DNA from: Eledone cirrhosa
Lineage: Eukaryota
Assembly (NCBI GenBank): GCA_964016885.1
Contig: OZ024743.1
Coordinates: 113,956,001-114,020,000, forward strand
Reading direction: 5' to 3'
DNA length: 64,000 nt
Both the position numbers and the translations under genes were made by a program. This document shows positions 52,320-64,000 of this stretch, one piece after another. Each line of letters begins with the position of its first letter. The first letter of the stretch is position 1. The notes beneath the pieces were generated by a model that saw only the letters and a program-made list of their open reading frames with translations, searched no databases and had not been told where the DNA came from.

Positions 52320-52922
52320 TCTATATATATAAAGTTGTATTCCTGTCTGTTTGTTTGTTTGTTCACGAACTCCTCCTATGGTTTTGGAGGTAGACCCCCA
52401 TAACCATATATATTCTGAAACTACATTGCCCAGGGTACTTGGATAAGTATATTTCATTTTAATCAAAGGATTCCCCGGGAGCACAAACCCGTGCTGAAAA
52501 CCTCCGCTGAAAGTTTTTTCCCTTCGATTTATATGAAATTTAAACCATACTTAAATGGCAAGATATGATGCATATTCACAAAATTTCAGCAAATTTCAAT
52601 AATATTAAGACACTCTAATGGGGGTTGAACCCCCTATTAGGGTTCCCCGGAGGCACAAACCCCCGCTGAAAATGTTTTCCCTTCGATTTATATGAAATTT
52701 AAACCATAGGTAAATGACAAGATATGATGACTATTCACAAAAGTTTTGAATTAATATTTTGAAAAAAATTATTTACAAGAAACAAAATAAGAATAAGATT
52801 TAATAATGTAATTTTGATTTGATATATTACAAAAAATAATGTTTTCCAATTTTTCATGCATTACATTTTACATTGAGTAATATTGAAATGCAGAGTTTTC
52901 CTCCATAAATTATATCACTGAT

Positions 52923-52956
<34 letters not shown>

Positions 52957-52970
52957 GGGTTACACATAAG
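52320..52970 (+). mobile_element. Possible non-autonomous Helitron
   Basis: A|TCTATATATATAAAG 5' end followed by (TGTT)n, an internal tandem duplication, and 3' end ACGGGTTACACATAAG|T (degenerate CTAG). Confidence 0.5.
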
Positions 52971-53005
52971 TATATATATATATACGTGAGTGTATGTATA
53001 TAGTG

Positions 53006-53245
53006 AGGGTGCATGGCTGATTGGTTAGACAATTGGATTCACAATCGTGAGGTTGTGATTTTGATTCCCAGATCGAACGATGCATTATGTCCTTGAGCAA
53101 GACACTTTATTTCATTTCTGCCTGGAATTGCGACCAACAGATAGTATTAGCAATTGGAAAGACCAATGGAAAAATTGTTTCCTCAGTCTGATTTGACAAG
53201 CTTCACCCTACTTGTTAACCGAATGAGGTCTGGTATCTTGTTGAT
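53006..53245 (+). mobile_element. SINE variant with family-B head and a different tail (also about 22020-22255+ and 59205-59457-; another variant at 49835-50123+)
   Basis: Same tRNA head and TCCTTGAGCAAGACACTTTATTTC core, then ATTAGCAATTGGAAAGACCAAT...GAATGAGGTCTGG. Confidence 0.75.
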
Positions 53246-53327
53246 ATATATATATATAACAGCGATGTATTAGTTTTGCGAGGTTTTTGATATGAAATCG
53301 TGTGTCGAAACAAATATTGTTATACTT

Positions 53328-53419
53328 GGGGAGGGTCATATTTGTGTAATAATATTGCCAGAACACACTCAGTGAGTGTTCTGTTATTAATATCACAAAT
53401 ATGACCCTCCCCAAGTATA

Positions 53420-53420
<1 letters not shown>
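53328..53420. repeat. 93-bp hairpin element
   Basis: TTATACTTGGGGAGGGTCATATTTGTG ... CACAAATATGACCCTCCCCAAGTATAA (27-bp perfect outer arms) with inner CAGAACAC/GTGTTCTG. Confidence 0.8.
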
Positions 53421-53477
<57 letters not shown>

Positions 53478-53530
53478 TAATAAAGAAATTTATCTATGTA
53501 TATATGTGTGTGTGTATATGTATGTGTGTG

Positions 53531-53582
<52 letters not shown>

Positions 53583-54470
53583 ATAAACAAACTGGTGAAT
53601 AACAAAAGACCAATGGAAAACAATATAGCTTTTTTGTTTGTTTATATCCTGCATATTCATTCATTTCTCACTCCTACTCCCCACAAAATCTGCATAGGAA
53701 TGCACTAACAGAAGACAATGAACATTTCTGTACAGCAACAGCACCACCACCAGCATCAGCTATTATTATACACTAATTTTGAATAGCATAAAGCAAGGAG
53801 TGGGGTAAGAGCTTAATTTTTTCTTGTCCCAACTCCCATTCCCATCTTTTAAACTTTAACATCTAAATCTCAGATTCAGACAATAGTCACCTTTTAATAG
53901 TATATATGTATATATATATATATATATATATAATAGTGGTGGTGGTGTTATTGATTGTTGTGGTAGTGGCATAGGTGATGATGATGATAAATAACAATGG
54001 TAATAAGAAGATGAAAAACGTATGAATTATTAACACTTGGGGATGCTTTAATTTGTTCTGTTGAAGCAGTGTTAAGGTTTTTTCCCTTAACCCCAAAAGA
54101 TAAAGAAAATATCTAACACCAATTCTCACATATATGAATATAAATTGATTAATAAAATTCCCTGAAGACATATAATAAATAGAGGATTCATCATTCTCCC
54201 TTACATAAACACAAACACAGAGAAATGCAAACATACATTCTTATACATTGCACACATCAGAAACAATACACACATATACAGAAACAATTCACATACACAC
54301 AATGTACCACAAGGCACACTTAATGCACATACACACACACACGATACACACAGATAAACACAATGCCCCCATCACTTCACCTATTTATGTTAAAAGATGG
54401 AGGTTTGTTTATGTTCTCCCACTTTACAACTTTACCAAGATTAAATTAAAATGAAAGTGTTTTTTCATAA

Positions 54471-54513
<43 letters not shown>

Positions 54514-54899
54514 TACATACATACAACAAACACACATTTACACACACAATATATATATATATACAAGTGGAGAGATGCTGTGCTGAATAAGACCCATCCC
54601 ACCCTTGCAAGCAGGGAAGAGCGGACGTAAAATGATGATGATGATATATATATATTACAAGCTATCTGAAGATTGGTAATATGAAACTCAATGTAATACT
54701 TAATGAAGTTTTCAACTCAGAATACGATAAAGACCTGCAATATATATTGGTTTCACTTCTCCCCTCTTGCTCATTGTAAATTTCCTTGTGCTATAATATA
54801 CATAGATGTACACACTAAGTGACTCCAAACCAATGCTATCCACAAACTCAAGCAAATATTACCCATTTACCTGAACCCAGCTTAACCTACCAAACACAC

Positions 54900-55420
54900 T
54901 GTCATTTATTCTTCTGAGCTAAAGACAACCACGATTTCTATGTTGGAAGGTGCATCATTGGCTGTGGGTATGGAGTTGACTGATGCAGCCCACCGGGGCC
55001 CAGAAACCATGCCCACATGTGCTGCAGTGGAAGTGGATGAAGCTTGTACTTTGCATGCAGAGCTTTTCTTCTGTGATGCATCTGGTTTCTACTGCACATG
55101 CCCCCTCAAAGATTTTGCTATGCCAGGTTAAGCAATCCAGGGCAAGTGATTCCAGCTACTGGAAGTTTTTAAGGAACACTTTTATATTGTCTTTAAAACA
55201 CCTCTTCTGTCCACTTACAGTGTACATGCTTTGCTCAGCACTCCATACAGTAGCTGTTTCTGTAGTCAGCTGTCGGACATCTTAACAACATGACCTGTCC
55301 ATCGGACTTGGGTCTTCTGTACGATGGTGTAGATAATGTGGGTGCTAGCCCATTTCAGGACCAATGAGTCTGGAAATTTGTCCTGTTACCATATGTGGAG
55401 AAATCTACAGAGGGGACTCA
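54900..55420 (-). mobile_element. Degraded RTE-BovB-like 3' fragment
   Basis: Minus-strand remnants SGQKRCFKDNIK and CSTCGHGFWAPVGCISQLHTH (decayed C2H2 tail typical of BovB-like ORF ends). Confidence 0.6.
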
Positions 55421-55967
55421 AATGGAAATGGTTGGGTAAAACTTAAAACATCCTTAAGAACAGTATCCAAAACACTCCCATGTATACATATATACAAATA
55501 TAAGTGTAATTTTATTCATATATATACATGTTCCTATGTAACCATTGATATATGTGTAAGTAAAAATATCATCATCATCATCATCACTGTTTAACATCTA
55601 TTGTTTTGTGCTTACAAGGGTTGTCACATTCCGTGTCCAGAGAACTCAAGTGACCATGACCAGCTCATAGCATTTTGGCTCCATGCCTATTACTCAATGT
55701 CCTTCCTAATTCCAAAGACTTTACAGGGTGGTCTGGAAGTACTTTTTGTGGCTCCAGCACTACCATCTCACAGGGTGGACTAGGTGCATTTTTGTCGTGG
55801 CACCAACACTAACACCATTCAGGCTGGATTGAGTGCTTTTGTCATGGGACCAGCACTACCACCCCTTAAAAATTGGTTTATTTCACCCATACATACATAC
55901 TGGTGGTATATAAATTTTAGTATGTTGCTGGTATATATATATATATATATATATATTTGAGTATATA

Positions 55968-57583
55968 TCATCATCATCATCATCGTTTAACGTCCATATT
56001 CCACGCTTGCATGGGTTTGGACGAGAGTTTTCCCACTTGAGGCAAGAGTGGTTGTCTTGCTCGCATAGGACTGTCTGGCAGGTTTTCTACGGCTGGATGC
56101 CCTTCCTAACACCAACCACGCTTACAGTGTGGGACTGGGAGGTTTTTACCGTGTTGCCTACACGGCCACATTACAGTGTGGACTGTGTGTTTTTTTGTCA
56201 TGATACCTACACGACCTCATTTGTTTCAGACTGGATGTTGTAGTACCAACATAACTTTACATTGAAAGGGGTGGTGTGGATGGGGTGGGGGTAGTGGGAT
56301 GGTGGTGTATTTTTGTTAGAGGTGCCTACTGACTGTAGTAGGTTTCACTTTGTACTTAGGTAAGGCGGGTCTTCTGTATTACTGTGTAGCGCCAAAGATC
56401 TCGGTCCAGTGACATTGTCTTGGAGAGGTGTAAGTATGTGAGGTCGGAATTTATCAGGTCTTCCCAGGTTTTTCTGGGTCTGCCTACTCCGTGGCTACCG
56501 TCTATTTTTATTGCCCTGCACTTTTTTATACAGCTGTCGTCTCATGCGCATCACGTGACCATACCAACGTTGTCTTCTCTCAAGTAAACAACATCTGATC
56601 CCTCTTATTTCTAATTTTTCCCTTAGTTCGTTTATGCTTTGCCGTTCACGTATATTACTATTACACATCCAGCGGAGCATGCAAGCTTCGTTCCTCTCCA
56701 GTCTGCGTATATCCTCTGCACACAATACCCAGGTCTCACTGCCATGTAACATTGCTGTTCGTATGCAGGCATCATACAGCCTGCCTTTCATTTTTAGAGA
56801 GAACCCTTTAGCGGCTAATAGTGGTATAATCTCTCTGAACTTTTTCCATCCAGTTCTGACTCTAGCTACTGTACTTTCAGAGCACCCTCCCCCACTGCTG
56901 ATTTTGTCACCCAGGTAACGGAAGCTGTCCACTATTTCTATAGAACCATCTGTGCAATGGAATGAGCTAGTATTCTGTGGGCACTTGCTGCTACTTATTG
57001 CACCAGCGCACCGGCCACATATAAAATATATGTTCTTAGTTAGCTTACCTGTGATCCCACTACATCTTTTATGCACCCATACTTTGCATTTGGGACATAA
57101 AATGGAGTTTCTACCTACTCCTTTCCTACACACTGAGCATGGCCATTTCCCGGATGGGACCGGTGCCCTATTTTCCTTCCTATAAACTAGAACTTTAGTC
57201 TTAGACAGGTTAATTTTAAGGCCTTTTGATTCTAGGCCATGCTTCCATGTTTGGAATTTCTTCTCTAGTTCGGCCATTGATTCAGCTATGAGCGTTAGAT
57301 CATCTGCGTATAAGAGTTCCCATGGGCAGCCGGTCTTGAACTCCACTGTTATAGCCTGAAGAGCAATAATAAATAGTAGGGGGCTAAGAACGGAGCCCTG
57401 ATGAACAACTTTTACGCTAAACTCTTCACTATATTCGTTGATAATTCTAACCTTGCTGACTGTTTTTTTATACATAGCTTGTATAGCTCTCACAAGCCAT
57501 TCATCTTAGTTTTCTAAGAGCCCACCAGATAATGGAACGGGGGACTCTGTCAAAGGCTTTCTCCAAGTTGACAAAAGCTAAGT
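55968..57583 (-). mobile_element. 5'-truncated copy of RTE-like LINE family 2
   Basis: ORF 56495..57493 is nearly identical to the 14596-15803 translation; same 3' UTR and (GAT)n tail. Confidence 0.95.
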
Positions 57584-58036
57584 ATATATTTATATATATA
57601 TATATCATCATACTTTTACATCCATTCTTCCACACTAGCATGGATTAGATGGGTTGTCCTGTTGTCAGCAATGCCAGATCGAGTGACCTTGTCTTGCTCA
57701 TATGGGAACTGATTTTGGCATGATTTCTCAAGCTGGATGGACTTCCTAACACCAGCTTCATTTACAGTGAGGTGCTCGGTGTTTTTTTTTACCGTGGCGC
57801 CTACATGGCCATTTTACAGTGTGGACTGGGTGCTTTTTTGTCGTGACGCCTCCACGACCACTTTGCAGTGGGAGGGGATGGTGACATATTGTCTATATGC
57901 TTCAGTTTCGGCTTATGTATATACATATATATATAAGTACATGTATGTACAAGTACAAATAGAGGTATATCATTCGTGAGTGTGTAAATATATACACATG
58001 TTGGTATCTCTCTCTCTCATATATATATATATATGT

Positions 58037-58296
58037 CAGTGGCGAAGGGTAACCTGGAAAGCAGGGCATGCAGTCCAATCACCATAGAGGAAAGTGGGGC
58101 TGTGCAGACCCCCCCCCCTCCTCCAATTCCCTCAAATGACACTCCCGGTCAAAGTCACATGTAGTGTGCGTGTGTGTGTGTGTGTTATTTTTTTATCTGT
58201 CTACGAATTAGTAAGCAGCCAAAATTCTGCTTGCTTCAACCGTCGCAATTGATCAGCTCAAGATTCTATAACGCATTCCCAGACCCTTCGCTCCTG
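58037..58296. mobile_element. Possible hAT-like MITE
   Basis: TIR CAGTGGCGAAGGGT / ACCCTTCGCTCCTG (12/14); no clean 8-bp TSD because the flanks are microsatellite. Confidence 0.45.
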
Positions 58297-61200
58297 GTGT
58301 GTGTGTGTGTTGAGATTAAACCAGTATTAAATTAGTAAGACCGTTATTCAGCTGAGCACTCAATACTTGGAATTAGCGTGTAGCTATATATATATCATCT
58401 GTGTATGTTCTTTGCTCAAGTTACTGTTGCTAACATCAAACTATTTCTTATTCCAATTTACAAGATTAGCAATCTGGGATTTCTTTATTATATATTTCCC
58501 AGGTGTAGTGATGTGGAGGGACAGTGCCCATAACTTCTACAGGTTCTCCTGCCGAGAGAATGGTAAGAGAGGCAGAAATATATAGCAATAGAAAGATTGT
58601 TGGTAGTGGTACTAAGAATGGTTGTTGGGGGTGCTGCTTACTATATCAACATACCACTGTTGACTTAATATGCAATGTGTAAGATAGCCAATATGGTTTC
58701 TAAATTTTGCTCTTGCCATATATATAGATGAATGTGTGTGTGTGTGCATGTCTATTGATATGTGTGTCTGTGTGCACATGTGTTAGTGTGTTTAGAAGAT
58801 GAAAAAAACATGAAATAAATTTAACTCCATTATATTTCTAGTGACTAGTGAAAGATAGACAGCCTGTTATTTTCAAATGATTTGGAAAATACTCAAGAAT
58901 TTGAAGCTATTTATTAATATAACTTTCTATTTATCAAATGATTGTTTGGAACATAACATAGGTTTACCATCATCATCATCACTTTTACATCAAGTTTCCC
59001 ATGCTGGTATGGACTGGACAGGATGTTTCAAAACAAAGTTTTACAGCCAGAGGTACTTCCAGACACCAACCTTTTTAGTTACCTCTTCTGACATGCAGGT
59101 TTGTGATGTACCTATTCTAAAAACTGGCATCTAAAAACTATGATGGAGGGTTTCTTGATAAATATGTACTTGATCAACAAGATCAATACATTGATAAATA
59201 TGTACATGGTCAACAAGATCCCAGACCTCATTCGCTTAATGAGTTGGGTGGAGTTTGTCAAATCGGACCAAGGAAACAATGTTTTAATTGGTCTTTCCAA
59301 TTGCTAATACCATCTACCAGTTGCAAATCCAAGCAGAAGGAGCAACATGAAATAAAGTGTCTAGCTCTAGGACATAACGCATCGCTTGGTCTGGGAATCG
59401 AACTCACAACCTCATGATTTCGAATCCAATTCTCTAACCACTCGACCATGTGCCTTCACAAATATAAACACTTTAAAATAAACAATTTAGTATCATAAAA
59501 GCATGGACAGTTTCAGATGGTTTAGTATGAAGAAGATTAACTGAGTGTTGTTGGAAACTTCTTGTGTTGCACAAGATTAGTTATCCAAAGAATACTCCCC
59601 TTGAAACAATCTCAAAACACTCAACAACAATCTACAAGTGAAAATAAATGCTTGTTCAACTTGCTAGAAATAGTAGCCAACCTCCTTAGGATCACATTTT
59701 GCCAAATTGGAAAAAGGAATAGAGACCTATCCTACCATTTTATGTTTTTGTAGGACTATATTCTATCCTGCCAAAAGTAGAAACAATTATTTCTAATAAC
59801 TAGGGTGGTGGGTTAGCAGAATCGGTAGAGCATTGGACAATATGGTCCGCAGCATTGAGTTATGGCCCATTATGTTCTAAGTTCAAATCCTGCCGGGGTT
59901 AACTTTGCTTTTCATCCTTAAAGGGGCGTTAAATTAAAGCACCAGTAATGGACTGGGATCGATTTAATCGACTTACCCCTCCCCCAAAATTGCTGACCTT
60001 GTGCCTAAAGTAGAAACAATTATTTCTAATAATAGAAATACCGCATAAAGTATTACTTGGTAATACCTGTCTTGTAGACAAAGATCATTCCCATCCTGCA
60101 GCTAAGGTTTTTCTATTAGATAATTAGTTATTTTCTATTTAAAGCCTGTGACTCAATATCACACTCCCAAATTTCAAATGTTTATGATGAAAATATAGTA
60201 GCATTTTAACCATTTCAATACCATATTTCAAATGAAATATGTATTGCAATTAATATCATCATCATCTTCAATATGTATTGTAATTTTGAAAATAAGCAAC
60301 AATTTGAAAGAATTTAGTAAAATAACTAACCATGTTGGCTTTAGTCCATATTTTCTTCCATAAAATTGTTTTTTATTCAAATAGGAATACTTGAGACAAG
60401 AGATTTGCCATCATAGAATTGGGGCAGTTTGGGGCAGATTGATATAAAAAAGATTACACATTTGCAGGTGTGTGCTAAATGTGTAATAAACTGGATGTTA
60501 GTAACACTAAACTGATTGTCTACCGCAAGGAATAGTAGCTTCAATTACACATGAACATCTCTTCAGCTGCAGATAAATAGTATAATACCTCCCCCACACA
60601 ACCACCACACCCACACCAGCATAATATAAAGACTAAAGCAAACTCTCACTTGACTAGGAGATTCTAGAACAAGGCATAGTGACATTCTGCAAACTGAAGA
60701 TCATTTGAATGTTGGCCAGATGTTGAGGTATAACTGTACTGAGAGTTTTTCAGTATGTATGTATGGACCCATAACTCCTGATGGAGTCATAAGGACACCA
60801 TTATGACAAACAGTGTTTCTAAAACTCTTGAAACCTGACAGACCCCATCCCCTCTCCAGGTCTGAACACAGCTGATTTCTTCCAAAGAAGGTGAGAAAGA
60901 TGAGGAAGAATCAATCCCAGTACTGGACTGCTACTTTTTTTTTATTGACATTGGAAAAGAGAGCTCAAACGAAAACTGCAATAGAGTTCTTCAGTGGAAC
61001 AGCTAAAACCATTATATATTTTAATTGTTGCTATAATCATATTTGAAATATTCTTTATATTCAATCATTATAAGCACAAAACTTGCTGTCTGGCAAGCCA
61101 TTGTACATAATATAATAACTGTTATATGAAGCAGAATACAGAACAACATACATCTATCATGTTATTGTAGTTTCAATAGCATATTCTATGAAAGTTTCTA

Positions 61201-62580
61201 ACTATTCCTCACAGGAAACTATCTACCTTTATTGATCAATTACATAGTAACTCAACCTACTAGAAACAGCAGTTAAATCTACTTCAAACCGCACCTTACA
61301 GTCTTGATAAAAGGATATATTGAGTAATGCAGTTTGATAAAATAAGACATGATCATGACAGGAGTGCCTTCAATGAAAAGTCTTTTCAATGAAGGTTGAT
61401 CTAAGGTTAAATGAGAACAGGAAAAGTCAGAAAATTTTAAGTGGAGAATGCTATTAAGAAATGAAAAAAAAAAAAAATTTACAGCTCACACCTTATGCAG
61501 GCTTAGTTGACCTCCTATGATGCAGTTTCTTAATGATAGGAATCAATGTCCTATCATGTCCATTGTTGTAACAAGTTTAATTTAGCTGGCTCCTCCTACA
61601 AGTTTAGCTGGCTCCTCCTACAAAGGTAACTCACATAGGTTTCCTGGGCATTTTAATGATAGGGACACCAGTCCTATCATGAAATGTGTCATGCTCAAGA
61701 AAACAACACACCACCAAATTCAGGAATCAAACCCACAACCCTATGATTGTGAGTACAACACCTTAACTACCCAGTCATGATGATAGCAAAAATGGGCTGC
61801 CCATTTCATAAAAATGTAATTTAAAGATTTCAAAACAATTTTTTTTTAGCATGAAAATGATTGAAGGGAAATGGCTAAACAAAATTTAAGGACTTTCAAA
61901 TGTAGTGAAGGTTGCCTTTCTAACCATTGTGTTGTGAAGACTCCCCTTATGACTAAAGTGTAGTGAGAACCCTGCATTTGTAACCAAAGTGTAGTGAGAG
62001 GTAGATGATGGTTGTGATGGTGGTGTTGGTGGTCATATTGAATCTGTCCACCATGAAAGGCTTTGTCATATGAAAAGAAGTAAGCTCATCTGTCTAACAC
62101 ATCTGGAGTATGGCAGAAATCCATACATGCCATACACAACAAATATCTGGGAGATCACACATGCTTCAATGTAAACAACTTGCCACCTTGTTTCAAATTT
62201 ATTTAAACTAATAGCACAAAGTGGGGAATTCTGATGTATATGTGTAGGAGTCGGTGTGTCTGTGTGTATGTATGCATTAGTGTGTGTTGTGTATGCGTGT
62301 AGATCTGTGTACATATATGTCTGTGTGTATGTCTATATAAGTCCCTGTGTCTATGCGTGCATATATCTATATGTGTGTATGTGCTTGTGCATGTGTGTAT
62401 GTGTATGTGTGTCTCTATATATATGTCTGTGTGCAAGTGCCGTGTGTGTGTGTGTTTTCAATTCAATTATTTCAGATTATATTCATTGTCTCCAAACAAT
62501 AACTTATTACAAAGAACAACCAGGAGATGTAACAATTAAATTAACAAAACATAATTAATATGTTACAATAACAAGATTAA

Positions 62581-62796
62581 TTAACCCTTTCAGTGCCATA
62601 TTTCTAATGAAAGGCATTGTCTATTATGTTCTAATATCCAAGATTTCAGAGGGATTTAGTATTATTTAGCTGCCATTTGGAACATAACTTTAACAAATTA
62701 TGATAGGTTTTTCAATAGATATAAACATTTTAAAACAAACAGTTTTGTACATAGAACCAGGGGCAGTTTCAGGAAATTTGATATCAAAAGGCTTAA
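62581..62796. mobile_element. Older piggyBac-like MITE family (related copies at about 23971-24795, 31063/31550-31928, 60207-60435)
   Basis: TTAACCCTTT...ATCAAAAG(G/A)nTTAA ends and shared interior TTTGGAACATAACTT. Confidence 0.6.
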
Positions 62797-63165
62797 CACA
62801 CTAAACTTTAGAGTGGTTGGTGCTAAACAAAATTATTTGTTTTGCCTCTTTACACATTCTGAGTTCAAATCCTACCAAATTCAACTTTGCCTTTCATCCT
62901 TTTGGAATTGATAAAATAAAGTACTAATCCAGAAAGTTAGATTAGCAGACCTTGAGTTAGCATTCTTGAGTTCATCTGCAACACATGGGAGGAGAAAATT
63001 CCATGCATGTCTAACTGTTGGTGTTCCACAAAAACCTTACCTGAATTTGTGCTGTAGATGAATCAATGAAATATAGTACCTAGTGTGGTGGATTACCATA
63101 ATAATCTAACTAAATTAGGTATTGACAAGTAAATACATGCCAACGCATTTGTTATAAAGCCATAT

Positions 63166-63778
63166 AAGATATACAACATGAATCCGTTCTGAATGTAGGA
63201 TACACAACATGTATCCTCTCTGAATGTAGGATACACAACATGTATCCTTTCTGAATGTAGGATACACAACATGTATCCTCTCTGAATGTAGGATACACAA
63301 CATGTATCCTCTCTGAATGTAGGATACACAACATGTATCCTTTCTGAATGTAGGATACACAACATGTATCCTCTCTGAATGTAGGATACACATGTATCCT
63401 TTCTGAATGTCGGATATACAACATGTATCCTTTCTGAATGTCGGATACACAACATGTATCCTTTCTGAATGTAGGATACACAACATGTATCCTCTCTGAA
63501 TGTAGGATACACAACATGTATCCTTTCTGAATGTCGGATATACAACATGTATCCTTTCTGAATGTAGGATATACAATATGTTTCCTTTCTGAATGTCGGA
63601 TATACAACATGTATCCTCTCTGAATGTAGGATACACAACATATATCCTTTCTGAATGTAGGATATACATGTATCCTCTCTGAATGTAGGATACACAACAT
63701 ATATCCTTTCTGAATGTAGGATATACAACACGTTTCCTTTCTGAATGTAGGATACACAACATATATCCTCTCTGAATG
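63166..63778. repeat. 31-bp tandem repeat with internal hairpin, about 20 copies
   Basis: CTGAATGT-AGGATACA-CAACA-TGTATCCT-YT. Confidence 0.95.
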
Positions 63779-64000
63779 ACAGTGCTTTGAAGGTTTGGGA
63801 CTTCTTGATAATTCTCCATGACATTAACATTATCATATTTCTAATGGCGGTAGATTGGCTGTATCAGTAGAACATCAGACACCTCTTCTTTGCAGTCTAG
63901 AGTTCAAATCCCACCGAAGTTAGCTTTGCCTTTTATCCTTACAGAGTCGATAAAATAAAGCACCAGTAACGCACTGGGGTTAATCTAATCGACTTTTCCC

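Noticed and set aside
63041-63051. Possible 11-nt minus-strand 5' UTR micro-exon (ctacag CACAAATTCAG gtaagg)
   Set aside because: Good-looking splice sites alone are expected by chance in 64 kb; no further support.
63093-63836. CRISPR array or repeat-protein gene
   Set aside because: Head-to-tail 31-bp units with no unique spacers, no cas genes and a eukaryotic context; ORFs in all three minus frames arise from a stop-free unit.

Overview
AT-rich, repeat-dense animal genomic DNA. The (TA)n/(ATC)n microsatellite load and the RTE LINE and tRNA-SINE families suggest an octopus or other coleoid mollusc (inference). Most ORFs in the supplied track are microsatellite or retroelement artefacts. One host gene is supported: three minus-strand exons (48207-48330, 42211-42507, 26924-27053) with canonical AG/GT ends and matching phases. 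They splice into signal peptide + Ig-like domain + the start of a cytokine-binding FN3 domain, i.e. a domeless/gp130-like type I cytokine receptor with very long introns; I found no further exon, so the gene probably continues off the left edge. The introns hold two RTE LINE families (one with a PHD-like finger in ORF2), CRE-like and HERO-like relics, two SINE families, piggyBac/mariner/hAT-like MITEs, a possible Helitron and several satellites. The most striking unannotated signal is a set of sequence-unrelated type I hammerhead ribozyme motifs. Six loci have a complete or near-complete core, and there are several half or degenerate ones. Almost all are embedded in inverted duplications next to (TA)n tracts. 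This resembles Penelope-like or retrozyme relics, and the inverted arm always covers the ribozyme's cleavage half.
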